Positions 35,442 through 44,203 are shown, counted from the stretch's first letter. The stretch: 44,715 bases of DNA from a virus (IMGVR_UViG_3300023263_000004:1-44715), one strand, 5' to 3'. Notes: a model not told the origin generated them from the letters alone. A program made the numbers and translations.

Positions 35442-35612
35442 GTGAAGTACGCGTGGCAACACTGGCTGGTGGTCGCGTTGATGCTGGGCGTCGCGATCTT
35501 CACGCCGCTGACATGGTGGACGTGCTTGGCCACCTTCATGGCGGGGATCTTCACGGAGCGGGCCGTCCGCACGTGGTTACTGAGGCGCCGAGCTGAGGCG
35601 CGCGTCAAATGA
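35442..35612 (+). CDS. small membrane protein (56 aa, not in the ORF track)
   Basis: MKYAWQHWLVVALMLGVAIFTPLTWW...; overlaps at both ends. Confidence 0.5.
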   Translation: MKYAWQHWLVVALMLGVAIFTPLTWWTCLATFMAGIFTERAVRTWLLRRRAEARVK

Positions 35613-36187
35613 TCCTCGAGCTACCAACGAAGAAGCCGGACGACCCAGAGGCGTTGCCCATTGGTGCTGTCGTCGATTTGCTTCGAGAAATGCCGGGCGG
35701 ATCCCGCGTGCACTTGGACAAGGGTTGGAAGGTCATCGGCTATACCGAGTCTGGCAAGGGAAGGTGGTCAGGCTACGAGCTGGAGGCCGCTGACGGCCGC
35801 CGCACGGTGGCTTCGAAGTTCGAAGCCTTCGACCAACAACAACCGGGACAACAGTGCATGCAGCTCGACGGCGAGAACCTTTTCGACGGCGAATCCGACG
35901 TGGAACACGGGACGCCGATTTGTGGCAACGATGCGGAATGGACCAAGTGGCTGGCGTGGGTCCTGTCGCGTCCTGAATCGGTGCGCCAGCTTTGCGCGGA
36001 GTTCCCCATGTACACGCGCCTTGTCGTAGACGGGCAGGTCCGCTTCGTCATCGGTTATCACGAGGACGGGCAGGTCGTGGTGTCTGAGCATTGCCCGCGC
36101 TGCTATCCCCTGGAAATTACGCGCGAGAGCGCAACGCGAATCGCAGCCGCAGATGCGCGGACGATGATCGCGAGGACCGTGAACTAA
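35609..36187 (+). CDS. hypothetical protein
   Basis: 192 aa, coupled to both neighbours. Confidence 0.65.
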   Translation: MILELPTKKPDDPEALPIGAVVDLLREMPGGSRVHLDKGWKVIGYTESGKGRWSGYELEAADGRRTVASKFEAFDQQQPGQQCMQLDGENLFDGESDVEHGTPICGNDAEWTKWLAWVLSRPESVRQLCAEFPMYTRLVVDGQVRFVIGYHEDGQVVVSEHCPRCYPLEITRESATRIAAADARTMIARTVN

Positions 36188-37101
36188 TGGCCGAGAACAG
36201 CCCGATCGAGTGGACCGACCACACCTTCAACCCCTGGTGGGGATGCGCGAAGGTTTCCCCGGCGTGCGACTTCTGCTACGCCGAACGGGACGCCAAGCGC
36301 TACCAGCCGGGGATCAACTACTGGGGCGTAGATGCGCCGCGCCGTGAGTTCCTGGACGCACACTGGAACGCGCCGCTGCGCTGGAACCGGGCGGCGGCGG
36401 AAAGACAGAAGCCGGCGCGCGTGTTCTGTGCGAGCATGGCCGACGTGTTCGACAAGAACGCACCCCCGGGCGCGCGTGAGCGGCTTTGGGAGCTGATCCG
36501 CCAGACGCCCTACCTTCGGTGGCTGTTGCTGACGAAGCGCATCGGCAACGCCCCCTCGATGCTTCCGCCCGACTGGGACCGGGGCTATCCGAACGTGTGG
36601 GTGGGGATCAGCGTCGTCACGCAAAAGGAAGTCGATCGCGACGTTCCGAAGCTGCTGGACCTGCCGGCCTACGTGCGCTTCCTATCGTGCGAACCGTTGC
36701 TCGAGGCGGTGGACCTCTACCGCGGCGGGTTCAGCTTCCTGTCGGGCGGCCGCTACTATGCGCAAGTGAACTGGGTGATCGCGGGCGGGGAGAGCGGGCC
36801 CAGCGCGCGGCCCATGTCGGTGAAGTGGGTGCGGCAGATCCGCGACCAGTGCAGCAACCAGGGTGTGCCGTTCCTGTTCAAGCAGTGGGGCGAGTGGGTC
36901 CCGCCTGACCAGGTCCCCGAGTCGTCCTGGTCCGCCCACCACGATTACGTCGAGGGCGAGTACATGATGCGGCCGGGCAAAAAGAAAGCCGGGCGCATGC
37001 TCGACGGGCGAACCTGGGACGGCGTGCCCGACACTGCGACGGGCGAGGCCCTGATGGCGTCGCGGGCGCTGAAGGATTCGCAGCAGCGCGCAGAGTTCTA
37101 A
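36187..37101 (+). CDS. DUF5131 / phage Gp37-Gp68 family protein (radical-SAM-like)
   Basis: IEWTDHTFNPWWGCAKVSPACDFCYAE, LLTKR, FLSCEPLL, WVIAGGESG, PFLFKQWG. Confidence 0.92.
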   Translation: MAENSPIEWTDHTFNPWWGCAKVSPACDFCYAERDAKRYQPGINYWGVDAPRREFLDAHWNAPLRWNRAAAERQKPARVFCASMADVFDKNAPPGARERLWELIRQTPYLRWLLLTKRIGNAPSMLPPDWDRGYPNVWVGISVVTQKEVDRDVPKLLDLPAYVRFLSCEPLLEAVDLYRGGFSFLSGGRYYAQVNWVIAGGESGPSARPMSVKWVRQIRDQCSNQGVPFLFKQWGEWVPPDQVPESSWSAHHDYVEGEYMMRPGKKKAGRMLDGRTWDGVPDTATGEALMASRALKDSQQRAEF

Positions 37102-37317
37102 GGGGTGAACCCTCACGTAAATATCATGGATTCCCTGGCACTATTAGGGCTCTCCCCTATATGGCTGCGCAAGGAACCGAGTCGTGGGGCGCATGCTGTT
37201 CTACCGCGACATGATCCAGCGCATCGCGCACACGGACGGCGTCCCTCCCGAGATTCGCGACCGGCTGCTGGTGATCGCCGCACGCAGCAAGGAGGGCTGC
37301 ACAACCGAGGACGCTCA

Positions 37318-37803
37318 ATGCGTGGCCTATCTGCTGTACCGCATGCTGTTGCCGCCGCCGTTTTTGCATTAGGGCTGCTGCTGCCGGCGTCCGGTGCTGA
37401 GAACAACCCGACCCTGCGGGAGTACGTCGACGCGAGGTTCGAGGCGCAGGAAAAGGCCGTCGAAGCGGCGCTGGCGGCGGTCAAGGAACAGGGCGCATCG
37501 GCGCAGGCGGCCGCCGATCGCGCGGTGCTAAAAGCCGAGACGGCGACCGAGAAGCGGTTCGAGGGCGTGAACGAGTTCCGGCAAGCGCTGGCCGACAACA
37601 CGCGCACCCTCATGCCGCGCGCCGAAGCCGAGCAACAGTTAGGCGCCATAACGAAGAAGGTCGAGGACCTGACCAAGCGCATGGACGCACGGGACGAGCA
37701 ATCGCGCGGGCTGTCGCAGGGCTGGACGATGTTGGTGGCGCTGGTGCTGGTGATCGCGACCGTCATCGGTGCGGTCGTGGCGGTACGGAAGCGCAACCCA
37801 TGA
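37318..37803 (+). CDS. membrane-anchored coiled-coil protein
   Basis: Signal-like N-terminus, KAETATEKRFEGVNEFR, C-terminal TM helix. Start uncertain. Confidence 0.65.
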   Translation: MRGLSAVPHAVAAAVFALGLLLPASGAENNPTLREYVDARFEAQEKAVEAALAAVKEQGASAQAAADRAVLKAETATEKRFEGVNEFRQALADNTRTLMPRAEAEQQLGAITKKVEDLTKRMDARDEQSRGLSQGWTMLVALVLVIATVIGAVVAVRKRNP

Positions 37804-38330
37804 AGGCGGCACTCTATCCCGGAACCTGCATAAGCGCGTGCGGGCGCTACCGGTACACCCTGGAGCGCAAGTGGACCGAGTCGCCACGCTACGTACTGTG
37901 GCTCATGCTCAACCCGAGCACGGCGGACGCGACCAGGAACGACGCGACGATTCGCCGCTGCATGAGGTACGCCGAGGACTGGGGCTTCGGCGGCATCCTG
38001 GTCGGCAACCTCTACGCGTACCGGGCGACGCAACCCGCCGATCTGTTCACCGCTGAGAACCCGATCGGGCCCGAGAACGACGCTGCGATACTGGAAATGG
38101 TCACACGGTCGCAGATGATCGTGTGCGCATGGGGCCAGCGTGGACCAGATCCGAGCCGGCGTTGGAACGTCCTGCGTAACCTGGGCGTCCCAAACTATCG
38201 ACAGGTACGGGCGTTGAAGGTCAACGACAATGGCGAGCCAGGACACCCCTTACGTTTACGAGTGGGAGCACGGCCGATCGAGTGGGATCCGGTCGGGCGG
38301 GCAGCGCGCGAGAACGGCCACGGTGCGTGA
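37800..38330 (+). CDS. DUF1643 family protein
   Basis: YRYTLER.W, MLNPSTADA..D.TIRRC, NLYAYRAT.P, CAWG, HPL. Confidence 0.9.
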   Translation: MKAALYPGTCISACGRYRYTLERKWTESPRYVLWLMLNPSTADATRNDATIRRCMRYAEDWGFGGILVGNLYAYRATQPADLFTAENPIGPENDAAILEMVTRSQMIVCAWGQRGPDPSRRWNVLRNLGVPNYRQVRALKVNDNGEPGHPLRLRVGARPIEWDPVGRAARENGHGA

Positions 38331-38520
38331 GACTCCCGGCTACGAGATCAGCAGCGCCAAGCACAATCACATCTGCAGCGGATGCAAGGCGACCGTACTG
38401 CTGGGCCAGGTCAAGAACGCATCGGGCACGCTGAAATGGCGAAACTTCGAGTCCAAGCCGGTCGAACGCGGTCCCCATAACTACTATCGCCGGCACTTCT
38501 GCCCCAAGGTGAACGGCTGA
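38323..38520 (+). CDS. small zinc-binding hypothetical protein
   Basis: CSGC...HFCP. Confidence 0.55.
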   Translation: MRETPGYEISSAKHNHICSGCKATVLLGQVKNASGTLKWRNFESKPVERGPHNYYRRHFCPKVNG

Positions 38521-38542
38521 AACTTGCGCGGCGTGCAGGTTT
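38520..38542. promoter_or_regulatory. 23-bp near-palindromic operator-like site
   Basis: AAACTTGCGCG-G-CGTGCAGGTTT. Confidence 0.6.
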
Positions 38543-38560
38543 GTTGCATCCTTTCCCGCA

Positions 38561-38791
38561 ATGAGCCACGCCGCCATGAAGCCCCGACTCGAAACCGTGA
38601 CGCCCTACTTCGTCGCGCGCATGCAGCGCGAGCGATACCGTGCGTGGCGTTCTCAGGTCGAACAGTTCGCGGTGTCGGTGGGCTTGCGTCCGCTGCTGGC
38701 CCACCTGGGTGACGACGTGTGGGAGGAATACTTCGCCGCGAACGAAGACGCGATCGGCGCCGTCGTGGGAGAATTGCAGCGGATCGACTGA
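38561..38791 (+). CDS. hypothetical protein
   Basis: 76 aa, helical/acidic, directly after the operator-like site. Confidence 0.6.
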   Translation: MSHAAMKPRLETVTPYFVARMQRERYRAWRSQVEQFAVSVGLRPLLAHLGDDVWEEYFAANEDAIGAVVGELQRID

Positions 38792-38807
38792 CCAAAGAGG
38801 GAAGGCC

Positions 38808-38939
38808 ATGCTGGAGAATGTGGACGAGTTTGAAGTTAGCGACCTCGGCGACGCTGCGCAGGAAACCAAGCAGGTATCGCCCATCATTCCGTTCTACGCG
38901 GATTCGACTTACGGGTTCGGCATCAGGCCGAACGGCTGA
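38808..38939 (+). CDS. 43-aa RiPP (lasso-type) precursor-like peptide
   Basis: GAGGGAAGG RBS; MLENVDEFEVSDLGDAAQETK|QVSPIIPFYADSTYGFGIRPNG. Confidence 0.55.
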   Translation: MLENVDEFEVSDLGDAAQETKQVSPIIPFYADSTYGFGIRPNG

Positions 38940-38944
38940 ACCGC

Positions 38945-39345
38945 GAAGACGGTGGTTCCAGGCCATACGCAAGGCCCGGCCCGCATGCCAGCAATGGGGA
39001 GCGGCCACCGACACGGGACCAACGTTAGGATGCGCGAACGGTAGCGGTGCCGTTCGCGTGTTCAGCCCCCTGCACCGTGGCGACGGTCGGGGGACCCCGC
39101 AAGGGTTTTGATTACTAGGCGGCATGCCGGCGCATCCTCCGACCGGCTGTAAGTCCGCAAACACTGAGACGGGCCCGTCGCGATCGGCCGTTATTCGAGC
39201 CGGCGCTTGCCGAGGATCTAGGGTGACGGGCGAGTGGACACCATGCCGCAGCCGACTGGCCGTTAGTCCGAGCAGACGGGCGAGGCCATCTAAGTTCCGG
39301 TATTCCCGGTCGGGCGGGGGGTTCTGCCGAAGCCCCCCGCCCGGG
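38945..39345 (+). ncRNA. candidate structured non-coding RNA of unknown family
   Basis: Many nested helices with G-U pairs on the + strand and GCAA tetraloops; no credible ORF. Confidence 0.5.
39311..39343. terminator. strong GC hairpin between convergent transcription units
   Basis: CGGGCGGGGGG...CCCCCCGCCCG 11-bp stem with no clear U-tract. Confidence 0.45.
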
Positions 39346-39351
39346 AACAAG

Positions 39352-39597
39352 CTACCCGGCGCGGCCGGCTTCCGATTCGGCGCGGATGCGCGCTTCAACG
39401 TCGGCGAAGTCTTCGTCCGTGGCGTCGCGATCCTTCAGCTTCGCGGCGACTTCGGCCATGTGGGCGTCCACGTTGCGGCCGGCTTCGATGCCGTCGGCAA
39501 GCAAGAACAGCGAACCGGACGCTTTGGGCTGGCCCTGCAATTCGAGCGCGAGAGCCGAGCCACGGATAGCGATTGCGATAAGGTCGAGGGGGGTCAC
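39352..39597 (-). CDS. hypothetical protein of the lysis cassette
   Basis: GGAG RBS; GTGA overlap with the upstream gene. Confidence 0.65.
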   Translation of the reverse strand: MTPLDLIAIAIRGSALALELQGQPKASGSLFLLADGIEAGRNVDAHMAEVAAKLKDRDATDEDFADVEARIRAESEAGRAG

Positions 39598-40325
39598 GTC
39601 TTACTCCTTGCCGCTTTCACGGCGGCTGCAAACTCAGTGAGGGCGCGCACCGCATCGTTGACGGCTGTCTGCAATTCGGTGGCGGTCTTCGCATTCTGGG
39701 TGGCTTCGTAGAGGCTGGCCACCTTCCGAATGCTGGGGCGTGGGGGCGTGGCTTCGTCGTCCCCGAGGAACACGGGCGTCGCCTTCAGCTCCGCGGCTTG
39801 CAGTGCTTCCTTCACATCCGCGGGCGTGGCCGGGTTTGTCACGATCCCTTTCCATTCCTTCAAGATCGCGAAGTACTGCTCGAGGGCGACGTATGCCTTG
39901 TCGGGCAGGGTGTCCGCTTCGCGGTACGCCGCACGCGTGCCAGTGCATCCCGAGACGGTGACGACGACGACGCTGAACGATGCAGCAAGTAACAGGGCGC
40001 CGAGCAATTGGGGCAGCACGAAGCCGCGCACCGAGTTTGGGTTGGGGATTTCGCCTTTGCGGATGAGGTCCGCTTCCTTCGTGGCCGCCGTGTTCGACAT
40101 GTTGGGCGCCGGCTTGAAGATGCGCGTAATGATCGTCCACACGGCGGTTGCGGCCGCGATGCCGGCGAAGATGGAGCCGACCGTGGCGTCCCAGTCTATG
40201 TCCGTTGATGTGATGCCGAAGAATGCCGTGCCAGCGATGAGCAACTGGACGATCTGCTGGCGAATGATCGCCGACTTGTACCAGGGGAGATTTTCCACGA
40301 TGAGCCTCCAAGGGTTGAGGGCCAC
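39594..40325 (-). CDS. holin-like membrane protein with an internal lipobox (possible holin/spanin-type)
   Basis: Two N-terminal TM segments (PWYKS..), then LLLAASFSVVVVTVSGC; adjacent to the endolysin. Confidence 0.6.
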   Translation of the reverse strand: MALNPWRLIVENLPWYKSAIIRQQIVQLLIAGTAFFGITSTDIDWDATVGSIFAGIAAATAVWTIITRIFKPAPNMSNTAATKEADLIRKGEIPNPNSVRGFVLPQLLGALLLAASFSVVVVTVSGCTGTRAAYREADTLPDKAYVALEQYFAILKEWKGIVTNPATPADVKEALQAAELKATPVFLGDDEATPPRPSIRKVASLYEATQNAKTATELQTAVNDAVRALTEFAAAVKAARSKT

Positions 40326-40329
40326 GCCG

Positions 40330-40926
40330 CTATAGCGTGGCGGTTTCGGCGATGAACTCGCCCAGCCGGTTGGCCCAGCCGTGCGCGTTCTCCGCTTGCA
40401 GTCGGTACCCGGCTTTCGCGGCTTCGGCGCGCACCGGATCCCGGGTAATCAGTTGGCCATAGAACACGCACCGCATCGCGAGGATGTGGGCATACACGGG
40501 CCGCACCGAAGCGATCGAGACGTCGGACTTCAAAGCCTGCAAGGTCTTGGGGCCGAAGTTGCCGTCGACGTCGATTTTCCAGCCGCGCATGGTTAGCGCT
40601 TTCTGGACGAATACCGTGGCGTTGTCCTGTCCATGCTGGACCGCACTGTCCACGACCAGGGCGCGCAGCGCGTCGTTTTCGATCTGGTCGTAGCCGGGAC
40701 CGTCCACGTACTCTTCCAGGTAGATGGCGCGGGCCCTGGTTTCAGTAAGGCGCTGCAGGTCGGCGACGGTCGGGATGCCTTTCCATTGCCGTTTCTTGTG
40801 GAAGGCGCGAAGCGTGGCCAGCGTGATCCCGTACTTGGTTGGGCCGCCTCGGTCGGCCGGGTGATCGGTGAACGCTGAACCCTCGCGGCGGATAATTTCG
40901 TCGATGATCTGGCCGTCTGTTTTCAT
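40330..40926 (-). CDS. endolysin, GH108 with peptidoglycan-binding domain
   Basis: ATG at 40926; IIRREG...DHPADRGGPTKYGIT, DSAVQHG, VDGNFGPKTL, GWANR. Confidence 0.92.
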   Translation of the reverse strand: MKTDGQIIDEIIRREGSAFTDHPADRGGPTKYGITLATLRAFHKKRQWKGIPTVADLQRLTETRARAIYLEEYVDGPGYDQIENDALRALVVDSAVQHGQDNATVFVQKALTMRGWKIDVDGNFGPKTLQALKSDVSIASVRPVYAHILAMRCVFYGQLITRDPVRAEAAKAGYRLQAENAHGWANRLGEFIAETATL

Positions 40927-40943
40927 GTGGCCCCTGCCTGCTG

Positions 40944-40966
40944 TATCGTGCGTGCCGTGCAGGAAT
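40944..40966. promoter_or_regulatory. operator-like site in the divergent gap upstream of the endolysin
   Basis: TGCGTG-C-CGTGCAGG. Confidence 0.5.
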
Positions 40967-41000
40967 CTGCACGCGCTCAACCATAACACGGGGATCTCAC

Positions 41001-42041
41001 ATGACCGAAGCAACGGCGCGGGATGCCGCGAAAGAATCGATGGCGATTACCGCGGCGACGATGGGCCACGACTTTCTGGCGGCGCTGCTGACCGAGCTGC
41101 GGTCCATGCCCGGGCACTGGGCGACACTCAACGCCGAAAAACAGCAGGAGATCATCGGCAAGCTGAAAGAGAAGATCCAGGCGGGCATCGAAACGGCCGT
41201 GCGCATCATGCTGACGAGCGAGTTCCCAGCCGTGCAAGCCGACGTCGAGCACGTGAGCTTCAAGGGCGGCATCGTTGCCGGGCTGAAGATCCCGAAGGAC
41301 GCCCCGTATCGGCACCAGCTCGCGGACGCGCAGGGCATGAAGGTGCTGGTGGTCATCAGCGACCCCCAACGCTGGATGAACCGCATGGACGAAATCAAGG
41401 CGCGCGGCGATCAGATCGACCTGTTCGACGCCGACTACGACCCGGCCAGGGACCAGCCAGGCTACAGGCGGGACAAGGACCCGATCGCACCGGCCGGGCC
41501 AACCTGGGAAGACCTGAAGAAGAGCCTGAAGGGTGAGACGAAACCCCCGCAAAGTGAAACGACGGCTGCAGGTCCAGACACGCCGACGCCCCCTCCCGAG
41601 CTGCCTACCGAGTACAAAGCCGAAGCCGCGGCCCCGATTGATCGCCGGGATGCCGAGGGCAACTGGGCGCCGGTGAAGCTCAAGCAGATCGCGCGCGGGG
41701 ATGTGATCCGCATCCCCGGGTTCGATGCGGCGTTCGTTGCTACGACTCCATCCCTCAAGGGAAAGGACGGGTATACGGTCCAGGTCGAACCCGAGCCGGC
41801 GCTGGTTTTCGGCAGCGCACTGACGGGCGACCAGGAAAAGCGCGCGGCCGCCGTCGGGCTGCAAGAGCTGCTGTCCAACGTGGGCGTGGTGTTGTCGCTG
41901 GGCGCGATCGAAGCCTTCAGCCCCGAACAGCTTGCCGCCACGTCCACCTGGGTCCAGGCGTATGCAGTGGACCGCGAGGCGTGCAAAATCGCCCGGCCGC
42001 TGTGGCTTCCGATTCCCGAACCCAAGGGGGACGCGTCATGA
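41001..42041 (+). CDS. hypothetical phage protein
   Basis: 346 aa; helical N-terminus, Pro-rich linker, C-terminal domains. Confidence 0.75.
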   Translation: MTEATARDAAKESMAITAATMGHDFLAALLTELRSMPGHWATLNAEKQQEIIGKLKEKIQAGIETAVRIMLTSEFPAVQADVEHVSFKGGIVAGLKIPKDAPYRHQLADAQGMKVLVVISDPQRWMNRMDEIKARGDQIDLFDADYDPARDQPGYRRDKDPIAPAGPTWEDLKKSLKGETKPPQSETTAAGPDTPTPPPELPTEYKAEAAAPIDRRDAEGNWAPVKLKQIARGDVIRIPGFDAAFVATTPSLKGKDGYTVQVEPEPALVFGSALTGDQEKRAAAVGLQELLSNVGVVLSLGAIEAFSPEQLAATSTWVQAYAVDREACKIARPLWLPIPEPKGDAS

Positions 42042-42910
42042 ACCGGGTACTGTTGGCGTCGCTGTTGCTGGGCTGTGCGGTAGTAGCACAGGCCAATGTC
42101 CCCCCGGTCATCTCAGGCAAGCCGATCACCACGATCGAGCAGGGCGACGTTTACGCGTTCGTGCCAATCGTGGTCGATGCCGACGGGCCCAGCCGCAAGT
42201 TCGTGATCAAGAACCGGCCGTCGTGGCTCAAGTTCTCGTATCAGACGGGCGGCCTATGGGGCACCGCGCCGGCGCCGGGTGTCTTCAAGGACATCCAAAT
42301 CTTCGTGGACGACGGACCCAACACGGCGCGGTCCCTGCCGAAGTTCACCATCACGGTCACCAAGCCGGTGAACCCTCCCCCGGTCATCGCTGGCCAGCCT
42401 GTCACGCAACTGACGGCGACGAGGCCCTGGAGCTTCGAACCAACGGCCAGCGACCCGCGATCCGAACCGCTTACGTTCACGATCGCGAACAAGCCGAGCT
42501 GGGCATTCTTCGACACGGCCACGGGCAAGCTATCGGGCACACCAAGCGCCGGCGCGGTGGGCGTCTACTCCAACATCGTGGTGGCCGTTACTGATGGGAC
42601 CACGTCGGTGGCGTTGCCGATGTTCGCGCTCACGGTGCAAGCGTTGCCGGTCGAGGCCGTCACCCTGTCGTGGACGCCACCGACTCGCAACGTGGATGGG
42701 TCCGCGCTCACGAACCTCGCGGGCTATCGGATCTACTACGGGCCCAGCGCGACAGCGCTTTCCGTGGTGATCGAGATCAAGAACGCGTCGGTCAGTGCTT
42801 ACGTGTTGGAGAACCTGACGCCGGGCAAATGGTTCTTCGCCGTCACGGCGTTCAACGCCAACGGGTCGGAGAGCGTGCAATCCAACATCGCCAGCAAGAC
42901 CACGGGGTAG
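42038..42910 (+). CDS. secreted protein with two putative Ig (He_PIG-like) domains and an FN3 domain
   Basis: ATG at 42038; signal peptide, repeated NxPP.I.G.P...N[RK]PSW..F...TG.L.GT, TLSWTPPTRN.DGS.LTNLAGYRIYYG. Confidence 0.85.
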   Translation: MNRVLLASLLLGCAVVAQANVPPVISGKPITTIEQGDVYAFVPIVVDADGPSRKFVIKNRPSWLKFSYQTGGLWGTAPAPGVFKDIQIFVDDGPNTARSLPKFTITVTKPVNPPPVIAGQPVTQLTATRPWSFEPTASDPRSEPLTFTIANKPSWAFFDTATGKLSGTPSAGAVGVYSNIVVAVTDGTTSVALPMFALTVQALPVEAVTLSWTPPTRNVDGSALTNLAGYRIYYGPSATALSVVIEIKNASVSAYVLENLTPGKWFFAVTAFNANGSESVQSNIASKTTG

Positions 42911-42913
42911 GGG

Positions 42914-43291
42914 TTGAGTGGTGCGCCGTTCGCGCCCTGGGTCGTGCCGGTGGCCATAGCGGTGGGCACCGTCATCGTCGTGCCGGCACTTGTAGCGGCG
43001 GGCAAGCATTGGTTGAGCATGTGGCGGGCGTGGCGACACTCCCGGCTGTCGAAACTCTTCATCACCAGGACGGAGGTCGAGATGCAGTTCGCAACGCTGG
43101 CCAAGACCCAAGACACGCAGCACACGCAGAACCATGCGCTGCTGGATCAGATCAGAGCGGACGGGCAACAGCGCGAGGTCCGGCTTGTCGGAATGCTGGA
43201 AGCGTTCCAGCAGCAGAACCGCGAGGACGCAAGGGAACAGCGCAAGCGCGTGGACGATGTGCTCCGCATGCTGGGAGATCGCAGGCGATGA
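42914..43291 (+). CDS. membrane-anchored coiled-coil protein
   Basis: N-terminal TM helix and Q/E-rich coil. Confidence 0.6.
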   Translation: MSGAPFAPWVVPVAIAVGTVIVVPALVAAGKHWLSMWRAWRHSRLSKLFITRTEVEMQFATLAKTQDTQHTQNHALLDQIRADGQQREVRLVGMLEAFQQQNREDAREQRKRVDDVLRMLGDRRR

Positions 43292-43518
43292 ACGATTGCG
43301 GCCCTTTGGGAACAATTGACCTCGCGAACGTCACGGGCGCGCGCTTCGCCGATCGGCACGGCTTTTGGGCCAAGCGTGAAGAGGACGTGGCCGCCGTCTT
43401 GCTGTATGTGGGCGAATCCGTCTCGCTCGAGCTGACCTATGTCCAGTTCCTGTCGCTACCCGAAGAGCAGCAGGAATTCATCCGCAACGCTGGCACGTCC
43501 GTGAAGGTGAACCTGTGA
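43288..43518 (+). CDS. hypothetical protein
   Basis: ATG at 43288 with overlaps at both ends. Confidence 0.55.
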   Translation: MNDCGPLGTIDLANVTGARFADRHGFWAKREEDVAAVLLYVGESVSLELTYVQFLSLPEEQQEFIRNAGTSVKVNL

Positions 43519-44090
43519 TAGTGATCGGGCTGGACCCTGGAACGACGACGGGCTTGGCAGTGTGGGACACGATCGAGCGCAAGCTGCGCGTGGTGAAGTC
43601 GTGCGGCATCGTTACGGCGATGGACGACGTGGCCATGTGGCGCGACCACGGCGATCGATCGGCACTGGTGATCTTCGAGGACGCGCGCACGTTACGGGTT
43701 ACTGGTGGCCGCATGGAGGAAGAGCAGAAGAAGTACGGCGCAGCAGTGCGCGAGGGAGTCGGGAGCATCAAGAGGGATTGCGCGATCTGGGAAGAATTCC
43801 TCGAGGTGCTTGGCCTGCCATACCAATGCAAGAAATGGACGCGCGGCACGACGAAGTGGGACGCGGACTACTTCAAGCGCATCACTGGCTGGGAGGCAAA
43901 GACCAACAGCCACGCGCGCGATGCTGCGGTGATAGTGTTCGGACTGAACCAGCCGATCTGTGCGGGGATAGTTCGAGCATGGGAAGAAGACCAACAACGC
44001 AAGAAGAGGTCGACCGGCAAATCCTCAGCAGCGCAATCGACGTCTGCATCTGCAACCTTGCGACCCTTTCGGACTGCCGGCGCAGGGTGA
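43515..44090 (+). CDS. RuvC/RNase H-fold nuclease (putative Holliday junction resolvase)
   Basis: IGLDPGTTTGLA, IFED, HARDAA. Confidence 0.75.
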   Translation: MIVIGLDPGTTTGLAVWDTIERKLRVVKSCGIVTAMDDVAMWRDHGDRSALVIFEDARTLRVTGGRMEEEQKKYGAAVREGVGSIKRDCAIWEEFLEVLGLPYQCKKWTRGTTKWDADYFKRITGWEAKTNSHARDAAVIVFGLNQPICAGIVRAWEEDQQRKKRSTGKSSAAQSTSASATLRPFRTAGAG

Positions 44091-44203
44091 AGGATGTGGG
44101 GTTGGCTGCACGTCTTCAGTTCCTAGAGATTGAGCTGCGAGAGGTGGGCGAGGCCCTTGCCCAGTATGCCCAAGCGTCCACCGGTACATCGCCCAGCGGG
44201 TAG
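43979..44203 (+). CDS. hypothetical protein
   Basis: ATG at 43979; fills the gap to the HNH gene. Confidence 0.45.
   Translation: MGRRPTTQEEVDRQILSSAIDVCICNLATLSDCRRRVKDVGLAARLQFLEIELREVGEALAQYAQASTGTSPSG

Noticed and set aside
39160-39240. CTGAGA next to a stem, suggesting a TPP riboswitch or hammerhead ribozyme
   Set aside because: The other conserved core nucleotides (hammerhead CUGANGA...GAAA, TPP junctions) are absent.
41001-42041. Possible FtsK-associated protein, from N-terminal resemblance to phage proteins with that label
   Set aside because: No Walker motifs or recognisable gamma domain; left as hypothetical.
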